Origin: the human T2T-CHM13v2.0 reference genome, Homo sapiens
DNA: 64,000 nucleotides
Strand: one strand, 5' to 3'
Assembly: GCF_009914755.1 (NCBI RefSeq)
Contig: NC_060934.1
Shown: piece after piece, positions 13,578-29,993 of the stretch
Position numbering within the stretch: the first letter of the stretch is position 1
Layout: each line of letters starts with the position of its first letter
Position numbers and translations under genes: made by a program
Notes under the pieces: generated by a model
Told to the model about the DNA's origin: nothing
Databases searched by the model: none
The model's input: the letters and a program-made list of their open reading frames with translations, nothing else

Positions 13578-13596
13578 TGGTGCCACCTGGCGGCTG
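13578..13596 (-). promoter_or_regulatory. CTCF motif candidate (CAGCCGCCAGGTGGCACCA)
   Basis: Close match to the core CTCF consensus CC[AG]C[CT]AG[AG][GT]GGC[AG], inside a CpG island. Confidence 0.55.
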
Positions 13597-14020
13597 CGGC
13601 GCCGAGGGCGCCCCCGCCCGGCGCCGCTGCGTCGCGCCCCCAGCCCGACCCCCGGCGACACTGCCCCGGCGCGCCCCATCCCCGCAGCCCCGCAGAAGAG
13701 CCAGACCTGCCTTTCAGGGCGGAGCCCTTTTCATCACACCAGGTCACCCAAGGGGCCGCAGGAGACATTGTATCTGGGTGTGACCCCCCCACCGGGTGCC
13801 ATCCTAATGTAGTTGTGTCCCCCAACGTAGATTTCACACCCAGTGTTAAAGATCCGCAAAAACACTCCCCAAGCCAGTATAGACTGCAGTAGGCCTGCAG
13901 TACCTACGTGTTGGCGGGTGGACAGCTTCAGGAGGAATGGTACTTGGATGGTTCTAGGGGTTAGGGTGGGGAGGAAATCCACATCTTTTGAGGCCCTAGG
14001 TGCTTTAAAACTTTCTGTCC

Positions 14021-14454
14021 TATTAAAGAAAAAAGACTATTCCATGACACGTGTGAAAGCACAGCAAAGAAGACCCTCTTTGGAACCATCGCAATAGGTA
14101 TAAGCCCTACCATGGGATTCTGCAGTCGGGGAGAAAGGTTGGGTTCAACTCTGAATACAGCAGGAACAAGTGGGGATTTATAACCGAGGACCAGGGTGGG
14201 ATGCAGGGAATGAAAAATTATAAGAGGAAACATCAGGGGGAAGGGGGATTCTTGAAAGTCAGACATCCCCTGGCAGGGCTGGGCAGGACAGGGCGGATGG
14301 GGAAGCTGATCAGATATCCAGGGTGGAGGGTTCTTGGTAAACTGACTTAGCAGGGTTCTTCCTGAAAGCAGATTTTACAAGGAAGGGCACAACTGAGCCT
14401 AGAAGAAGGTTCCGGAGCCTGACTGTAGTTCGGTCAAGCAGAGACTCTTTGTCC
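14021..14454 (-). mobile_element. MER31-like ERV1 solo LTR, co-oriented with FAM171A1
   Basis: Minus strand begins gacaaagagtctctgcttgaccgaactacagtcaggctcc, typical of MER31/MER67-group LTRs; ends ...ttttttctttaata. Confidence 0.75.
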
Positions 14455-14457
14455 ATC

Positions 14458-14612
14458 TTCACAATACATGATCTAAGAGGTAGTTAGCATTATCCCCCCC
14501 ATTCACAGATGAGAAAAGAGGCTAAGGAGGGTTAAGGAATTTGTCCAAAAGTGCATACCTGGTCAGTGGCAGAGCCAAAATTCTAATAAAACAGTCAGTC
14601 TGACCCCAAAAT
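14458..14612 (-). mobile_element. MIR
   Basis: cccattcacagatgagaaaagaggct...gttaaggaatttgtccaa core. Confidence 0.75.
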
Positions 14613-14641
14613 TGAAACTCTTCACAAAAACCTCCAGACTT

Positions 14642-14949
14642 GGCTGGGTGTGATGGTTCATGCCTATAATCCCAACACTTTGGGAGGCTGAGGTAGGTGG
14701 ATGGCCTGAGTTCAGGAGTTAAGAGACCAGCTGGGCCAACATGGTGAAACCCTGTCTCTACCAAAAATACAAAAAATTAACCAGGCATAGTGGCCCATGC
14801 CTGTGGTCCCAACTACTCAGGAGGCTGAGGTGGGAGGATCGCTTGAACCTGGGAGTGGGGAGGTTGCAGTGAGCCAAGATCGTGCCACTGCACTCCAGCC
14901 TGGATGACAGACTGAGACCCCGTCTCAAAAAAAAAAAAAAAAAAAAAAA
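14642..14949 (+). mobile_element. Alu
   Basis: Full dimer with long A tail. Confidence 0.9.
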
Positions 14950-15574
14950 TCAAAAAATAAAACCACCAAAAAAACCACACACAAAACAAAACCAAACCTC
15001 TAGACTTTCCTTGAGCCTAGGGACCCCCTCCATTCCAACCTCAACTTTTCTTTCTCTCAACCCACTCCTGTCGGTATGCCTTCCACACAACCTTCACCTC
15101 CACTTGTCCCTCTCCACCTTCTCTTCCAACTAGCACTGCGGTGACCTTCCGACTTCCACTGGGGACCTAGGAAAATCCACTCCAGACCCATCATCCACCC
15201 CACACTGCTTCCAGAACACCAGGCCAGAAGGAGGGTTATTACTGTAATTTCATTAATTGAGCATTTAGACATGGCAGGCACCGTACCAAAAAAAGAATGA
15301 AGGATGGCACTTGCCCAGTTGGCTTATAAAAGACAAATGACTGTGAGACATGAGAAAAACTAGGACGTACAGAAGCCCATATGGGTTTTATAGTCACCCT
15401 TAGGACCAATGCTGCAATTTGCGCAAATCACGCACCTGCACAGGGTGGCAGGTAGTCAGGAAGGCAGAAAGAAATAGGGACTGCTGGATTCCCTCCTTCT
15501 TCTGATTCCCGCATCTAAGCCTAATATATGGCATCAAAGTTCCTAATATATGGCACTCACTGAACTGGAGCTAT

Positions 15575-15690
15575 TTCCTCATAACAACTTATTTGGTAGG
15601 TATCATTGTTTCCATTTCACAGATGAACAAACCGAGGCTTGGTGCCATTAAACAACTTGCCCACAATACAAAGATCTGATAAGTGTAAAT
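15575..15690 (-). mobile_element. MIR
   Basis: ccatttcacagatgaacaaaccgaggct...aacaacttgccca. Confidence 0.7.
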
Positions 15691-15799
15691 TCCCTATACC
15701 ATGTTACTTCTGAGAATAAATTTTATGCAAATGATTCAAATTACCTCCAGGAGTGTCCAAATTGTTTGAACCTGCTCTAATCCCAGTGAAGTGCAAATC

Positions 15800-15980
15800 T
15801 AGTGAATACTATGGTGCCAATGTTCATTTCCTGGCATTGACAGTGTACTACAGTTATATAAGATGTTACAATTGGGGGAAGCTGGGAGAAGGATAGATGT
15901 GACCTCTCTGTACTATTTTTGTAACTTTTTATGAGTCTATAATTATTTCAGATGGAAATATTTAAAATAGAAAAAAAATC
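15800..15980 (+). mobile_element. L1MC-like 3' end
   Basis: aagatgttacaattgggggaagctggg...ctctctgtactatttttgtaac. Confidence 0.7.
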
Positions 15981-16121
15981 CCATTCTATGCCATTTTTCT
16001 AAGTCTTATTGTTCACTCAAAACACTGGTGTTTGTGATCTTAGTATAGAGTTCCAGAATGTTTCAGGGTGGAAGAAATCTTAATAAACTGAATCAAGTTG
16101 GGTTCACAATCTTAACTGTAT

Positions 16122-16318
16122 CAAGCTTGTCCAACCTGCCTTATTTTGTTGTTGTTGTTGCTGTTGTGTTTTTAGACTTTTAGCAGCCTAAAGCCATCGT
16201 TTTCAGTTTCCATCTCTAGTGATAAGTGGAAAAGAGGGATGAGGAAGGGGCTTTACTGGCTCAACCAAAAATAGAAATGAAGAACCCATGACTGTATTCT
16301 CTCCCTTGGACACCCCTG
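16122..16318 (-). mobile_element. MER107-like hAT-Charlie non-autonomous DNA transposon
   Basis: Termini caagcttgtccaa ... ttggacacccctg (imperfect TIRs); internal sequence matches MER107 as recalled. Confidence 0.8.
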
Positions 16319-17129
16319 CGAGACGCTCAGGTCTGATGGAGGTGGTTGTTATTATCGTGTATAACAATACTTTCCAGGACGAATTGGAACTTTAGGAGAA
16401 GTTTATGTACCCTCATAGCAACACTGAGTCTTGTCTAAATAGTTTCAGAAACACCGCTGCCATCCCATTTTGCAGATGCCCTTGTGAAAGAGAAAGAGGT
16501 TAAACAATTTGCATAGTACATTCTGCAGGCCAGTCTCAAAGCCAAAAACAGGGCTGGGGCCCCAAAGAGTATTATCTCATCACCCGGGTATTTTCCAGTT
16601 ACCTGGGTGGGAGGCTGTAAGGAACACAGATTCTGCTACATCACTCAAATTAACATACTTGCATATCATGTAGCCAGAATTATGTAAGAATTAAATAATC
16701 ACACTTATCCTTTACAGGAATAAAAAATATGATTTACCTTTTCTCATGTTCCGATCATGATCATCAGACACCCACTCAGTAACTAAGGGAAGAAAATTAC
16801 TTGTGGAGGAGTATTTGCAGAACAATGGAAGTTAGAAGTGTTCTTTCCCTGTAGAACTTTTCCTGTTGCTCTTACTAAAATCTCACATTGTTTGACTAGA
16901 GATGAATTATGACTGTACTTATTTGAAATTGCTTAGAAGTTGCTTGACTGTGCAGCATTTGATTTCAATTTTCCAGGCCTGTGCCAAAAAAAAAGAAAGA
17001 AAAAAAGAAAAAAAGTCATGCCACATACAGAACTTTTCCTGTCTGAATTTTCCAGAGACCTTGATTTCAGGGGCTCTGTGTCAAGGTTTCTTAGCCCAAG
17101 ATTACTTATTCTATTGAAATATTTCCTGA

Positions 17130-17522
<393 letters not shown>

Positions 17523-17793
17523 TAGCCCCTGCCCCCCAGTCTGCCCCTGAGTAAGAAGCTTCCAGTAAACAACAGAATTTTATGAGATTGTACAGGTCAG
17601 GAAGTATGTCATGGTCATTGCTACTTCTGTTTGCTGGCACTTTTATTTAAGTTAGATAGAATGTAGCCACAGATAGAAATTGTTAACAGCCCAGCATTTT
17701 TTTTGAAGCTATCCGCATCTATATAAAAAAGAAAAAACAAACCAAAACATAAGGTAACAAAATTACTGTCAAGGGACTGATGTGTTTAAGTGA

Positions 17794-18282
<489 letters not shown>

Positions 18283-18605
18283 TAATTCTGAATTATTTGG
18301 GAGATGCTGAGAGTGTACATCGGCCTGCAGGATTGAATTTCAGATTACGCCATTTGGTCCTGTGATTTCAGATCCCCTGTCTTAGAGTTCTACTTTGTGC
18401 ATCCTCTGGTAACTCAAGGAGTCTGGGACACATCCCAGGCACTTGATCAATAGGTTTGGCTTTTGGAAAGAGTATTCAGAGGCTAGTGGCTAATGGAGAA
18501 TTGAGTTGCTCAGCAATTCATTTTAAGCCAATATGCTCTTTTGGCAAGCCCATTCCATTAGAGCAAGCAGAAGTTTCCAGCTCTATTCTTTGCTGATCCA
18601 TTGAA

Positions 18606-18917
18606 TTTTTTATTTATTTTTTATTTTATTTTTTGAGACAACGTCTTGTTCTGTCGCCCAGGCTGGAGTACAGTGGCGCAATCTCGGCTCATCGCAACCT
18701 CTGTTTCCTGGGCTCAAGCGATTCTCCTGCCTCAGTCTCCTAAGTAACTGGGATTACAGGCACGTGCCACCATGCCTGGCTAATTTTTTGTAATTTTAGT
18801 AGAGCTAGGGTTTCACCATGTTGGTCAGGCTGGTCTTGAACTCCTGACCTCAAGTGATCCACCCACTTCGGCCTCCCAAAGTGCTGGGATTACAGGTGTG
18901 AGCCACCATGCCCAGCC
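18606..18917 (-). mobile_element. Alu (AluS-like)
   Basis: Antisense dimer. Confidence 0.9.
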
Positions 18918-19599
18918 AGTTAACCCACTGAATTTACTGTCATATAGACAAAAAGTGCAAGGCAAGACGTAAGCGTCCATGTTCTTGCTGGAAAATGTCT
19001 ATCTGTGACTACTGCGTCTACCTTCAGAAATGCACAAAGGGACATGAAGCAAGGTAGAGAAAAGACAGGGTTTTTTTTTGTTTTTGTTTCTGTTTTTTTT
19101 TTTTTTTTTTTTCATAGAAAACTTAAAAGAGTTAGGGAAAAGAGAGGAAGACAATGGAGAAAATGGAGAAGGTAATTAGCATCAGTTGAACTTTTGTTGT
19201 GTGGCTGACTATACCTCAACCAGGGGGAAAGTTTCAGAAATTCCGCTGATCTCCGATTAATTTTCAAGTTCGATCTTTGCATGGTACTTTATTTTCTTTT
19301 CCTTTCATTTCTTCTGTTTAATTATAATACTTTTGACTCAAAGCTGCCTACTGTCAGAACCTTTCTCTTAATATCCTAGTCCTGTTTAATTACTAAACAA
19401 AGAGAATCCTTCATTGGAGTCCCCATAAAAATGGAAATGGGGGTGAACAGATGATTTTTCTGGGCATATTATACAATACGTTTAGATGCATTTACTTTGA
19501 ATACATACGGCCCTAGGAGAGCCATTTGTGTAAAAATGAGTCTTAACCAGGAGTGCTTTGGCTGCTGGTGTCATTTTCTACTAGCTTCCCCCTTGCCTG

Positions 19600-19889
19600 T
19601 TTTTTGAGACAGGGTCTCACTCTGTCACCCAGGCTGGAGTACAGTGGTATAATCATAGCTCACTATAACCTCAAACTCCTGGGCTCAAGTGATCCTCCCA
19701 CTTCAGCCTCCCAAGTAACTGGGACTACAGGTGTGCACCACCACACCCAGCTAACTGAAAACAAAATTTGTAGACATGAGAGTCTTGCTATTTTGCCTAG
19801 GCTGGACTTGAACTAGTGGCCTCAAGCAATCCTCCTTCCTTGGCCTCCCAAAATGCTGGGATTAGAGATGTGAACTGCCAGACCTGGCC
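19600..19889 (-). mobile_element. Alu (AluJ-like)
   Basis: Antisense dimer. Confidence 0.88.
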
Positions 19890-20494
19890 TACTATCTTTT
19901 CTTTAGCCTGAGACTTTAGTGGACAAGAGGAACTTCATTGGTACATATTTTAAAGTTTCATAAAAATGTCAGTTAGTATTTTATAACTGTATTCTTCTAT
20001 TAATAAAATCTTCAGAAAGTAAGCCAAAAAGGAGACAAAACGACAACAAAAAAAAAATAATAAAAATTGGCCCAGATTTCCTGCTTTCCTGTTGGGAAGC
20101 ACGAGGTGAAAACCAATGGTTTTCCTCAAAAAAGAAAGAGGAGAAAAAAATAATCAGTCCCTCATAATCCTTGAAACATCTGGCCTTATGCATAAATTTG
20201 AGTCCTTGGTTTTACAAATGGATTTTCTGTCTCGAATGTTTATTTGTAAGTCAGTGGCATTTCTCATTTAATGTTATAAATACTGGTTGTTAACTCCTCT
20301 GCCCAGTAATGTGTTTGAATGTAGGGCAAATAGTACCAATCTAAATATACCTGAAGCCTATTTATACTTTTGCTGAAGGACAATTGTATTCCTGAGAGTC
20401 TTGGGGTAAGCAGAGGTCCTTTATGTATGGAGCTGCATTCCTGGGAACTGTGAGTCTTCTACTGATTTGGAAATAAAGATGTAAGTAGTACCTC

Positions 20495-20782
20495 TTTTTT
20501 TTTTTTTCGAGATGGGGTCTTGTTTTGTTGCCCACGTTGGGGTGCGGTGGTGCAATCATAGCTCGCCGCAGCCTTGAACTCCTGGGCTTAAGCAATCCTC
20601 CCACCTTAGCCTCTGCAGTTGCTGGGACTACTCCACCATGCCTGGCTAAATTTTTTAAATTTTTCGTAGAGCGGGGTCTTACTATGTAGCCCGGACTGGT
20701 CTCAAACTTCTGGGCTCAAGTGATCCTCCTGCCTCAGCCTTCAAAAGTTCTTGGATTACAGATGTGAGCTACCATGCCTGGG
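20495..20782 (-). mobile_element. Alu (AluJ-like)
   Basis: Antisense dimer. Confidence 0.88.
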
Positions 20783-20965
20783 TAGTACATTTAAAACTTA
20801 ATCACCACAGTCTGAAAGAGATTTTGCTTTTTCTGAACATAGGTTAGCACCTCCATCAGTAAGGGCTCATGTGATGGAAAGAGAAACCTCTCTAGCTTCT
20901 TACACATTCTACAGGGAATTAGGTGCTTACAAAAATCTGCGAAGGGGACAGAGGAGGGGCTCTAG

Positions 20966-21362
<397 letters not shown>

Positions 21363-21803
21363 TGCAGAGGTTTCACTTAGGAGCCTGCACTCTTGCTGAG
21401 GCCAGGGATCAGGAAGCCAGGCTCCTGCCACCCTCCCTGCTAGTGATTAGACACAGGGAAGCTAACCCTGCAGAAAAGCCCAGCACATCCTGCAGCAGGG
21501 AGACAGTCTTGTCTCTCTTTGCTTTCCAAATCTCTACCAAGAGCATCCACTTGGCAGAACCTGACTCCCACCCAGAAGCCTAGCTGTGAGGAAGTCTGGA
21601 AATGTCATTAAGAAGGGGGAAAAAATCCAACGTCTGGAGCACAAGATGGCACAGGGAAGAAGCAGGCACCGATTCTGAACGCCAGCTCCTATCTCCCCAG
21701 AGCCTCCGAGTCTAGTGGTTGCATACTGCATCTTGTCTATCACCCCAGTTCTAGGTACCAAGACAACTGCAAATACCCCGTGGTCCCTTTATGATGGCTC
21801 TAG

Positions 21804-22148
<345 letters not shown>

Positions 22149-22515
22149 TTTCCCGCATTTCTGAACATGATAAGCAATGATAGGGATCATGGAATCCCAG
22201 GATGCTAGAACTCAAAAGAATTTGAAGGAACTGGCCCATTCCCACCATTTCTCAGGTAAGAAAGTGGAAAATTAGAGCAGGATGATGGAGCGCCAAAGAT
22301 CGCTCAGCTAGTCTGGGTGATACTGGCTACCTTTGCAGAAGGGAGGAACAGGCTCTTTTAGCATCTGCCCTAAAGGAGGTACCTCCAGACCTGACAACAA
22401 AGGTGTGCTCTGGCACTAAAGGTCCTCTTGGGCCCTTGTGTGTAGTGTGGTAGGGGTACTTATGAGTCCAATATTCCTTCAGTCCTTTAGTTTGATGATG
22501 TCACTTTTGTAAAAT

Positions 22516-23068
<553 letters not shown>

Positions 23069-23137
23069 CAGCCAAAGTGGAAAATTATGCCTAACCTTGA
23101 AGAAATATTTCCTTCCAGTTAATCTGCACATGCCTCT

Positions 23138-23353
23138 GAGCTCAAGACCAGCCTGGGCAACACAGACAGACCCCATCTCTACAAAAATTACAAAAATTAC
23201 CTGGGCATGGTGGTGCATGTCTGTGGTCCCAGCCACTCAGGAGGCTGAGGCGGGAGGATCACTTGAGCCTCGGAGATCGAGGTTTCACTGAGTGGAGATT
23301 GTGCCACTGCACTCGAGCCTGGGTGAGAGAGTGAGACTCTTCTAAAAAAAAAA
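23138..23353 (+). mobile_element. 5'-truncated Alu
   Basis: Partial left arm plus right arm. Confidence 0.85.
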
Positions 23354-24012
23354 TCTCTGCTACACTGGATTAATTAACAACCCAGCAAGTATTTCTTGAG
23401 TCCTCATTATGGGCCCAAAGTTTAAAAAGGTAACCAAAGACCCTCTTTAGTCTGAGCTCATCGCAGAGACGCTACTTCAGATAAGCAGGCAGCACATCTT
23501 GAGCCCTGAATTGACCTTGAGTTTTCCCACTTTGGGGTCTTTGCCGATGTCCCCCTTCTTCCTGGTCTGCCTTCCCCATTCCTTCTCGTCCTTCAAGTCA
23601 CACCTGTGCTGTGACCTCCATAGATCTCTGTGATCTCTGGCAGGTAAGGCTCATTCTGTGCATTAACTGCTTGTACAGTTAGTGTCATGACAGGTTGCCA
23701 CTTGTTGGAAATAACTGCTTTATACATTCAGGTTAGACCATGTATAGAAAAGATATCTAGCCAGATTCTAAACTGAGGTGGGGTCCACATTGCCTAAAAT
23801 GCAGGCGGTCTGTCTCTAATGCTCAAAAACCATAACGTCCAGCACTGCTATCTAGGAATGTTTGCATAAACTTTTGACCTCTGAAAGTACACTATTCTTG
23901 GGTTCTGACATCAGTATTTAGTGTAAAGGTTTGTGTATGCAGTAACTCTCTAGAACCTTCTCCTTAAAAGTGGGCATCCCTCAGTCATTTAAAATAAACT
24001 CAAAAGAACCAC

Positions 24013-24290
<278 letters not shown>

Positions 24291-24448
24291 ATAAACTCAA
24301 AACAGTGTATCTGAAAATATGACTTTGGTATCTTTTACACATCAAGGTCCTTTCTTCCCTACTGCCAACCTCATAAAGGGACCATCTTTTACTCCATCTC
24401 TATGGCTTCCTCAACATCTCAACAATGCCCTGCCCAAAGTTTACTGTC

Positions 24449-24757
<309 letters not shown>

Positions 24758-25311
24758 GAAGTTGACTTTCAGTAATGCCACTGACATACCTATTGGCTGG
24801 CATAAATAGACTTCATTGATAAGTAACAATTCAGACCAAATGTTAATTGTCACGTGGAAAAGTAGATGTTGGTACATATATGATCTTATTCATTCTACTC
24901 TATTTAAAGAAAAGTATTATATAACAGCAACATTTTGTGCAATTAAAGGTATTTTCTTTCAAATAAATATTTTTGATTCACCACTCTGTAAGTCATAGGC
25001 AATGCCTCCTTCACTCCATCTACCCAGCCCCTCCTCTCAAGAGTCTGACCTTCCCTGGGCTGAGGGTGTTGGCAGATCTATGGGAAGTGGTCCAGGGTAT
25101 ATTTCCCTGAAGACAATGGTTTGTCCTGGCAAGGATGATGGAAGAGAGGGACCTAGGGGAATGTAGTCTGAACACAGGTCCCTGAAAAAGAAGGGAATGG
25201 GGTATAAGTCAGATGGAAAAGCTCGGGTTCTCACTTTCCACTAACTAACAGCTGACTCTCAGGAACTCGATGGGAGAGCATCAAACAGGAGCATAAAAAT
25301 GTATCATTCCT

Positions 25312-26210
<899 letters not shown>

Positions 26211-26439
26211 TAAGTATAAAATATTTTAAAATCTGGGAGAGATGGAAATAGTACTTGGAGAGGAGAAGTTATACATGAGTCACAAACAGGCAGAAATGGG
26301 GCTAGCCACCCAGGAGGGAGGATGGGAGAAACTAACTGGGTGAATTGAATTTCAAATCTGTCTTGGAAGTTCTGAAACAAATGTGCATACGTCAGAACAA
26401 ACTGTTCAACTTCTACTCTATAGGGCAGCTGCAGTTGTG

Positions 26440-26985
26440 GTTTGGGTATGGTGTACATTTACTGTTTTGCTTGCACAGCATCCAATTCCTTTTGATTTGG
26501 TAATGGAACCCGTATTTCCCTAAAGGATCCACCTTCGCTTTCCTCCCAGCCCAGGTGGCTTAGGGCTGGCTCTAAGGGTGGGCATGTGATCCAGGTCTGG
26601 CCAATTAGCATGCACACCTCTGTCTCCAGGCACATTTCAGGCATGGGAGTATGACTCAGTCAAAGTCAGACTCAATTCCAGAGTCTTTTTTTTTTTTTGG
26701 AAACTCTTAAGAGGGAGGCAGGCTTTTCCAACTGGAATTGATGAGGAGAGGATAAAAGCTGGCCAGGTGCTGGCAGCCCTCTTGCCACCATGAGGTAAGA
26801 ATATAAGCAATGGACTGCAAATAGAGGAAAGCAGGAGGAGGAGATGGTGAAAGGGAGATGAGCCCCTGAACCCAGCCAGGATCTGAAGCTAGTTCTCCCT
26901 TGGATGTTCATGTTGTGAGCCAATAAACAACTTTGTTTTTCCTTAAGCAATTTGGAATTGGGCTTTTCCTATTTACAACAGAATG
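26440..26985 (+). mobile_element. Old MLT1 (J/K/L-like) MaLR LTR
   Basis: gggcatgtgatccaggtctggccaat ... gtgagccaataaa...cttaagcaatttggaattggg...acaacagaa. Confidence 0.7.
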
Positions 26986-27179
26986 TGGTCATGCAGTTGG
27001 AGAACAGAGGTGGGGGCGCCCACAGCTTGCTAGTTCTCGATGAGGCTTGCAGGATGAGGTGGCATCTACTGAACTTCCCATTGCCCACTGTGGCTGTTAT
27101 CATTGCCACAGGCAAGGAGCATCTGCATTCATGCATAAAAGTGAAGATGCAGATAGATATTGAGTTATGATAAGAGAAC

Positions 27180-27420
27180 AGCCAGGCGCCCTGGCTCATT
27201 CCTGTACTCCCAGCACTCTGGGAGGCTGAGGTGGGAGGATCGCTTGAACCCAGGAGTTTGAGACCAGCCTGGGCAACATAATGAGACCTCGTCTCTACAG
27301 AAAATAAACAAAATTAGCTGGGCATGATGGTACATGCCCGTAGACTCAGCTACTCAGGAGGCTGAGGTGAGAGGATCCCTCGAGTCCAGGAAGTTGAGGC
27401 TGTAGTTAGCTGAGATCATG
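27180..27420 (+). mobile_element. 3'-truncated AluJ-like (part of local duplication)
   Basis: Lacks the 3' end and tail; paralogous to the Alu at 30150. Confidence 0.88.
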
Positions 27421-27622
27421 TAGTAAAGAAGAACTTTCCAGAAGACTAGACTTTCTGTGAGGCACTTTGAGCATACTTCCCATGTAAATAAGCTCATGAA
27501 AGACACACAGCAGGAAAACCAGCAACTCCGAATGTGGTGGCCGCTCACTTCTTTCACTCTTACCGCCCACCAGGTGAAGAAAGTCCCAAAAGCCTAAAGA
27601 TTCTTGTGCATTAGACTCTACA

Positions 27623-27907
27623 TTTTTTTTTTTTGAGTCAGGGTCTCAGTCTGTCACCCAGGCTGGAGTGCAGTGCCACGATCACTGCTGTCAAGTGATC
27701 CTCCCGCCTCAGCCTCCCGAGTAGCTGGGACTACAGGTGTGCACCACCACGTCCAGCTAATTTTTGTATTTAAAAAAAAATAGAGACAGGCTTTCACCAT
27801 GTTGCCTAGGCTGGTCTTGAACTCCTGGGCTCAAGTAATCCTCTGGCCTTGGCTTCCCAAATTCTTCTCGCCTAGAATTACAGGCGTGAACCACCACGCC
27901 CAGCCTG
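27623..27907 (-). mobile_element. Alu (AluJ-like) with internal deletion
   Basis: Antisense dimer. Confidence 0.85.
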
Positions 27908-28873
27908 GAGTCTACATTTTTACATGGTGTAAAACTTAACCTGCCTAGCATAGTTTTCTCTTTTTGCTTCTCACACATACACACATCCGTCACAGACCCC
28001 GTCAGTGACCGATCTGCCCTTTCACTCCCATAGTGGGAACCTTAATGTTTTTTGCACCCGACTTCACGATACACTGCCACTTGTGAGCTGCCTTGTGAGT
28101 TACAGAAATGAGTCTGTATTTTGTGGGGTAAATCACAAAAGCCAGACCTAATATGGTAAATATTCTAGAATCCAGCCTTCGCTGAAAACTAAGTTTTCAA
28201 CTATGAACGTTAATCCTGGCCAATAAAAATAGAGATCGCCATAGAGGAGTTAATTAAACATAATAAACAGGCAGAACAGGAAGCTGCTATTTTTCCTGTC
28301 TCCAAAGCTTCTATTACGGAGGAAGGAAGGGCTAATCTGTAAAGAACTAGGAACTTGAGAAGAATAGGAGGCTCGATAGCAAGGACTGAGTGTTTGGCAG
28401 AGAAGAAAAAGCAGAGTCACAGATTTAATCCCCAGTGGCAGGTGGTGGTGGTGGTGGGGGGTTTCAGCCCCCCACCTGGTGGGAGGGGAAGGGAATAGAA
28501 AATCATGTTTGTGCGGATCAGTTAGCTACAGAGTTTATCATGTGAAACGACAAAGTTTATGGTTACAACGTGACACCGAGATTTGTGGGTAGGTGTCCCC
28601 AGATAGCTTTTGGTGACTAGATCACACATTTCAAAGAGCTTTGAAGACTGAAAAAAATAAATGCAGGGAAGGATATTATATGGAGAAAGAAGATGGGTGG
28701 AGGGAGGAGAGGGGAATATGGATGAAGGATTAGAAAGTGAAGTCTTCTTAGTGTTGAAGTTGAGTGAAAGAACTCATTAAGAAACCAAAAAGAAAATGTG
28801 CTTCACTCCAATGATTTAAATAGTCCTGGGATTTGGATTTGCTTAAAAAGACTCAGTATAAGAGTGGACAGAA

Positions 28874-29166
28874 GCTGCAGTGGCTCAGGCCTGTAATCCC
28901 AGCAGTTTGAGAGGCTGAGGCAGGTGGATAGCTTGAGCCCAGGAGTTCAAAACCAACCTGGGCAACATAGCGAGACCACGTCTCTACAAAAAATACTAAC
29001 ATTAGCTGGGAGTGGTGGCACATGTCTGTGGTCCCAGCTACTCGGGAGGGTGAGGTGGGAGGATCTCTTAAGCCTGGGAAGATGAGGCTGCAGCAAGGTG
29101 AGCTGTGATTGTGCCACTTCACTCCAGCCTGGGTGACCAGAGCAAGACTGTCTCAAAATAGAAAAA
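28874..29166 (+). mobile_element. Alu (AluJ-like)
   Basis: TSD agtggacagaag. Confidence 0.88.
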
Positions 29167-29839
29167 GTGGACAGAAGATTTTGACATGATTTTACAAAGA
29201 TCCAATGCCCTTCTCCCAGACACAGAATCTCACGAAGGTCAAGGCAGGCAAGACGAGCGTGAAACAAGAAGGGAATCATCTTTCCACAAGTCTGGAAAAT
29301 TCCACACGTGGAATGACATTTGCAGGAAGACCAAGACTGCCCTGTGCTAAAAGTGAAGCTGCTGGGAGGCAGGAGCAGGGCACATCCTGCCTTCCCTGGG
29401 GACAGGCCTTGTGCCTCTCCTCCACAACCTGAAGATAGCTGCTCACATCTGCTCCATTCCTCCCCCACTGAGTGCACCATCTGTCCCTTTGACAGGAGAA
29501 GAGAAGCCAGAGAGGAAGGCAGAGAGGAACAGCCACAGACAGAGCCCCACAAGGGACTATGGGGTCCCGCTTCTGAGGAATAAACCGTGGGAAAATGCCT
29601 CATGCTAAGTTGGTCGATGTTAAGCGAGGGAAAGGGATAAAAACAAAATCTTTCCTGTAATTTTCAAACTTGTCTCTAAAGTAACCCTTTGTGCTGAGGT
29701 CCTGAGAGCTGGAAGGCAGGTAATTATAAAGACAAGGAGGCTTAAGGAAAATCTGAAGAGAGAGAAGGGCAGAATGAGATTTTACCACCATAACACATGG
29801 TGCATTTATCTATTGCTGCATCAGAAATTTGGAAAGAGA

Positions 29840-29993
29840 CAAGGCACAGTGGCTCACGCCTGTAATCCCAGCACTATGGGAGGCTCAGGGGGAGGATCCC
29901 TTGAGCCCAAGAGTTTGAGACTGCAGCAAGCTATGATTGCACCACTGTATTCCAGCCTGGGCAACAGAATGAGATCCTATCTCTAAAAAAAAA
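29840..29993 (+). mobile_element. Alu monomer (FRAM-like or recombined)
   Basis: Single ~150-bp arm with A tail. Confidence 0.8.

Larger units (their letters stand above)
12560..13760. promoter_or_regulatory. FAM171A1: CpG island / FAM171A1 promoter and 5' UTR
   Basis: Very GC-rich with undepleted CpG, in contrast to the rest of the window; contains exon 1, GC boxes and a CCAAT box. Exact TSS cannot be read from sequence. Confidence 0.92.

Noticed and set aside
12495-13812. Long overlapping ORFs on both strands of the CpG island (341 aa, 209 aa, 189 aa, and the intronic part of the 215-aa ORF)
   Set aside because: Pro/Arg/Ala/Gly low-complexity products expected from stop-codon scarcity in GC-rich DNA; only 13182-13278 resembles a known protein.
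15520-15555. Duplicated cctaatatatggca as CArG/SRF boxes
   Set aside because: Eight A/T bases between CC and GG rather than six.
28947-29603. 218-aa minus-strand ORF
   Set aside because: C-terminal part is Alu-derived, no recognisable domain and no exon support.
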